Assembly (NCBI GenBank): GCA_030390025.1
Contig: CM059431.1
Location: 151,840,001 to 151,904,000, forward strand
Reading direction: 5' to 3'
Origin: Squalus acanthias
Lineage: Eukaryota
Length of the DNA stretch: 64,000 nucleotides
This document shows, piece after piece, positions 62,001 through 64,000 of the stretch. Made by a program: the position numbers and the translations under genes. A model generated the notes under the pieces. It was not told the origin of the DNA and made no database searches. It saw nothing but the letters and a program-made list of their open reading frames with translations. The number at the start of each line of letters is the position of its first letter. Within the stretch, counting starts at the first letter, position 1.

Positions 62001-63387
62001 GTAAGCCTGACATCGGTAGTGGGAAAATGCTAGAGTCCATTATAAAGGATGTAATAGCTGAGCATTTGAAAAACAGTGACAGGATCGGACAAAGTCAACA
62101 TGGATTTACAAAAGGTAAATCGTGCTTGACTAATCTACTGGAATTTTTTGAGGATGTAACTGGGTAAATAGATAAGGGAGAACCAGTAGATGTGGTGTAT
62201 TTGGACTTTCAAAAGGCATTCGATAAGGTCCCGCATAAGAGATTAGCGGGTAAAGTTAAGGCACATTGGATTGGGGGCAAGTTATTGACTTGGATAGAGA
62301 ACTGGTTGGCGGACAGAAAGCAGAGAGTAGGAATGATTGGTTTTTTTTCTGAGTGGCAGGCAGTGACTAGTGGGGTACCGCAAGGATCGGTCCTTGGACC
62401 CCAGCTATTCACAATATACATTAATGATCTAGATAATGGAATTAAATGTAATATCTCCAAGTTTGCAGATGACACAAAGCTGGGTGGGAGTGTGTGCTGC
62501 GAGGAGGATACCGAGAAACTCCAGGGTGATCTGGACAGGTTGGGTGAGTGGGCAGAAGCGTGGCAAAGGCAATATTACGTGGATTAGTGCGAGGTTATCC
62601 ACTTTGGTATCAAAAACAGAAAGGCAGACTATTATCTGAATGACAATAGATTGGGAGAAGGGGAAGTGCAAAGAGACCTGGGTGTCCTGGTGCACCAGTC
62701 GCTGAAAGTAAGCAAGCAGGTGCAGCAGGCGGTGAAGAAGGCAAATGGTATGTTGGCCTTCATAGCGAAAGGATTTGAGTTAAGAAACGGGATGTCCTGC
62801 TACAGTTTTACAGGGCCATGGTGAGACCATACCTTGAGTACTGTGTGCAGTTTTCGTCACCTTATCTGAGGAAGGATGTTCTTGCCATGGAAGGAGTTCA
62901 GCGAAGATTCACAATGCTGATACCTGGGATGGCAGGAATGACAGATGAGGAGAGATTGGGTCGATTGGGCTTCTACTCACTGGAGTATAGAAGAATGAGA
63001 GGGGATCTCATATAAAACATATAAAATTCTGACAGGTCTGGACAAACTAGATGCAGGAAGAATGTTCCCGATGGTCGGAGAGTCCAGAATCAGGGTTCAT
63101 AATCTACGGATAACGGGTAAACCATTTTAGACAGAAATGAGGTAGAATTTCTTCACCCAGAGAGTGGTGAACCTGTGGAATTCTCTACCACAGATGGCAG
63201 TTGAGGCGAAGTCATTAAATATATTCAAGGATGAGTTAGATATATTTCTTAAAGCTAAAGGTATCAAGGGATATGGGGAGAAGGCAGGTACAGGGTACTG
63301 AGTTTAGATGATCAGCCATGATCTCATCGAATGGCGGAGCAGTCTCGAGGGGCCGAATGGCCTAATCCTGTTCCTATCTTCTATGTA
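59075..63387 (+). mobile_element. Full-length CR1 nested in another CR1
   Basis: 5'UTR, intact ORF1, ORF2 with stops and frameshifts, 3'UTR. The flanks rejoin as cacaagg|agtatggcaagg (compare 40028-40045). Confidence 0.95.
59367..60317 (+). CDS. CR1 ORF1p (Cys-rich zinc finger, coiled coil, SGNH esterase-like domain)
   Basis: Intact 316-aa ORF with CSSC...CGKC, IGDS, HIGIND and DGLHL. Confidence 0.9.
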   Translation: MSGELGSMVCSSCNMWEIRDTSCVPDDHVCGKCIHLQLLTDRIAALELRMDAYWSIRDTENVVNNTFSELVTPQVKGVQAGIEWVTTRQSKRCRQVVQGSPVAIPLSNRYTTLDAVGGDGLSGEGGSSQLLGTKGGSAAQAWRKNYGRAIVIGDSIVRGIDRRFCFRNRDSRMVCCLPGARVKDVSERLQNTLEGEGEQPVVVVHIGINDIGKKRDEVLKAEYRELGGKLKKRTSKLVISGLPPVPCASQSRNRRIFQINTWLEEWCKGEGFKFLGHWNRFWGRWDQYKRDGLHLGRAGSDVLAGVFASAVGEGLN

Positions 63388-64000
63388 AGTATGGCAAGGT
63401 TGGATGGCATTTAGCTATTCGAGCCAGCATGCAGAAAATCCGACAAGAGAGGGGGCGTTACTGGAATTAATTCTTGGAATGTAGCCGGGCAAATGGTCGA
63501 AGTGTAATTCGGAGAACATTTTGGTGACAGCGACCATAATTCGGTGAGTTTAAGTTAGTCATGGAAAAGGACAAAGATGGACCGGAAATAAAGTTTCTAA
63601 ATTGGGGGAAGGCCGATTTTAATATGATAAGGCAGGATCTGGCCAAAGTGGACTGGGATCATCTACTTGTAGGAAAATCCACATCAGAGCAGTGGCAGTC
63701 TTTCAGAAACAAATAGAGAGAGTACAACGCCACATGGTCCCTTGCAGGTCAAGGATGGGACCAACAATCCCAGGGAACCCTGGATGTCAAGGGATATGCA
63801 AGAATCGTTTTGGGAAAAAATGGAGGCTTTTGGAAGATACAAAGGACTAAAAACAGTGAAAGCCCTAGTGGAGTATAGAAAGTGCAGTGGGGCACTTAAA
63901 AAAGAAATTAGGAGAGCGAAGAGGGGGGCATGAGAAAAGACTGACAAGCAAAATAAAGGAAAATCCCAATGTGTTTTATAAGTATATTAAGGGCAAGAGG
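63388..64000 (+). mobile_element. Host CR1, ORF2 continuation with internal deletion; runs off the window
   Basis: Closely similar to 40035-40060 and 40555-41140. Confidence 0.9.

Overview
This is eukaryotic, repeat-rich vertebrate DNA, most likely from a cartilaginous fish. That assignment is inferred from the dense CR1 LINEs, a Deu-domain SINE, Harbinger elements and the GPR139-like receptor expansion. Roughly two thirds of the window is transposable-element sequence, mostly nested CR1 copies. Host genes are three paralogous two-exon class A GPCRs of the GPR139-like type and a two-exon GCNT-family (GT14) glycosyltransferase pseudogene at 30582-34683 (-). Two of the GPCRs are intact (11872-18030 +, 49327-51942 -) and one is a pseudogene (about 7110-8923 -); each has a 70-nt first exon that the ORF track misses. 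At least five decayed tRNA genes are interleaved. The most notable structures are: (1) a 26-bp minisatellite at the same place and orientation about 400 bp upstream of both intact GPCRs; (2) a complete 4.4-kb Harbinger transposon in a GPCR intron, with its empty site visible in the paralogs; (3) a young CR1 that inserted two codons before a GPCR stop and now supplies the stop; (4) a 135-bp Penelope-type insert carrying a minimal hammerhead ribozyme; (5) a tRNA-Thr split in its T-loop by a roughly 90-bp sequence that is also present about 760 bp away. All calls were made by eye without database searches, and the boundaries of degenerate repeats are approximate.
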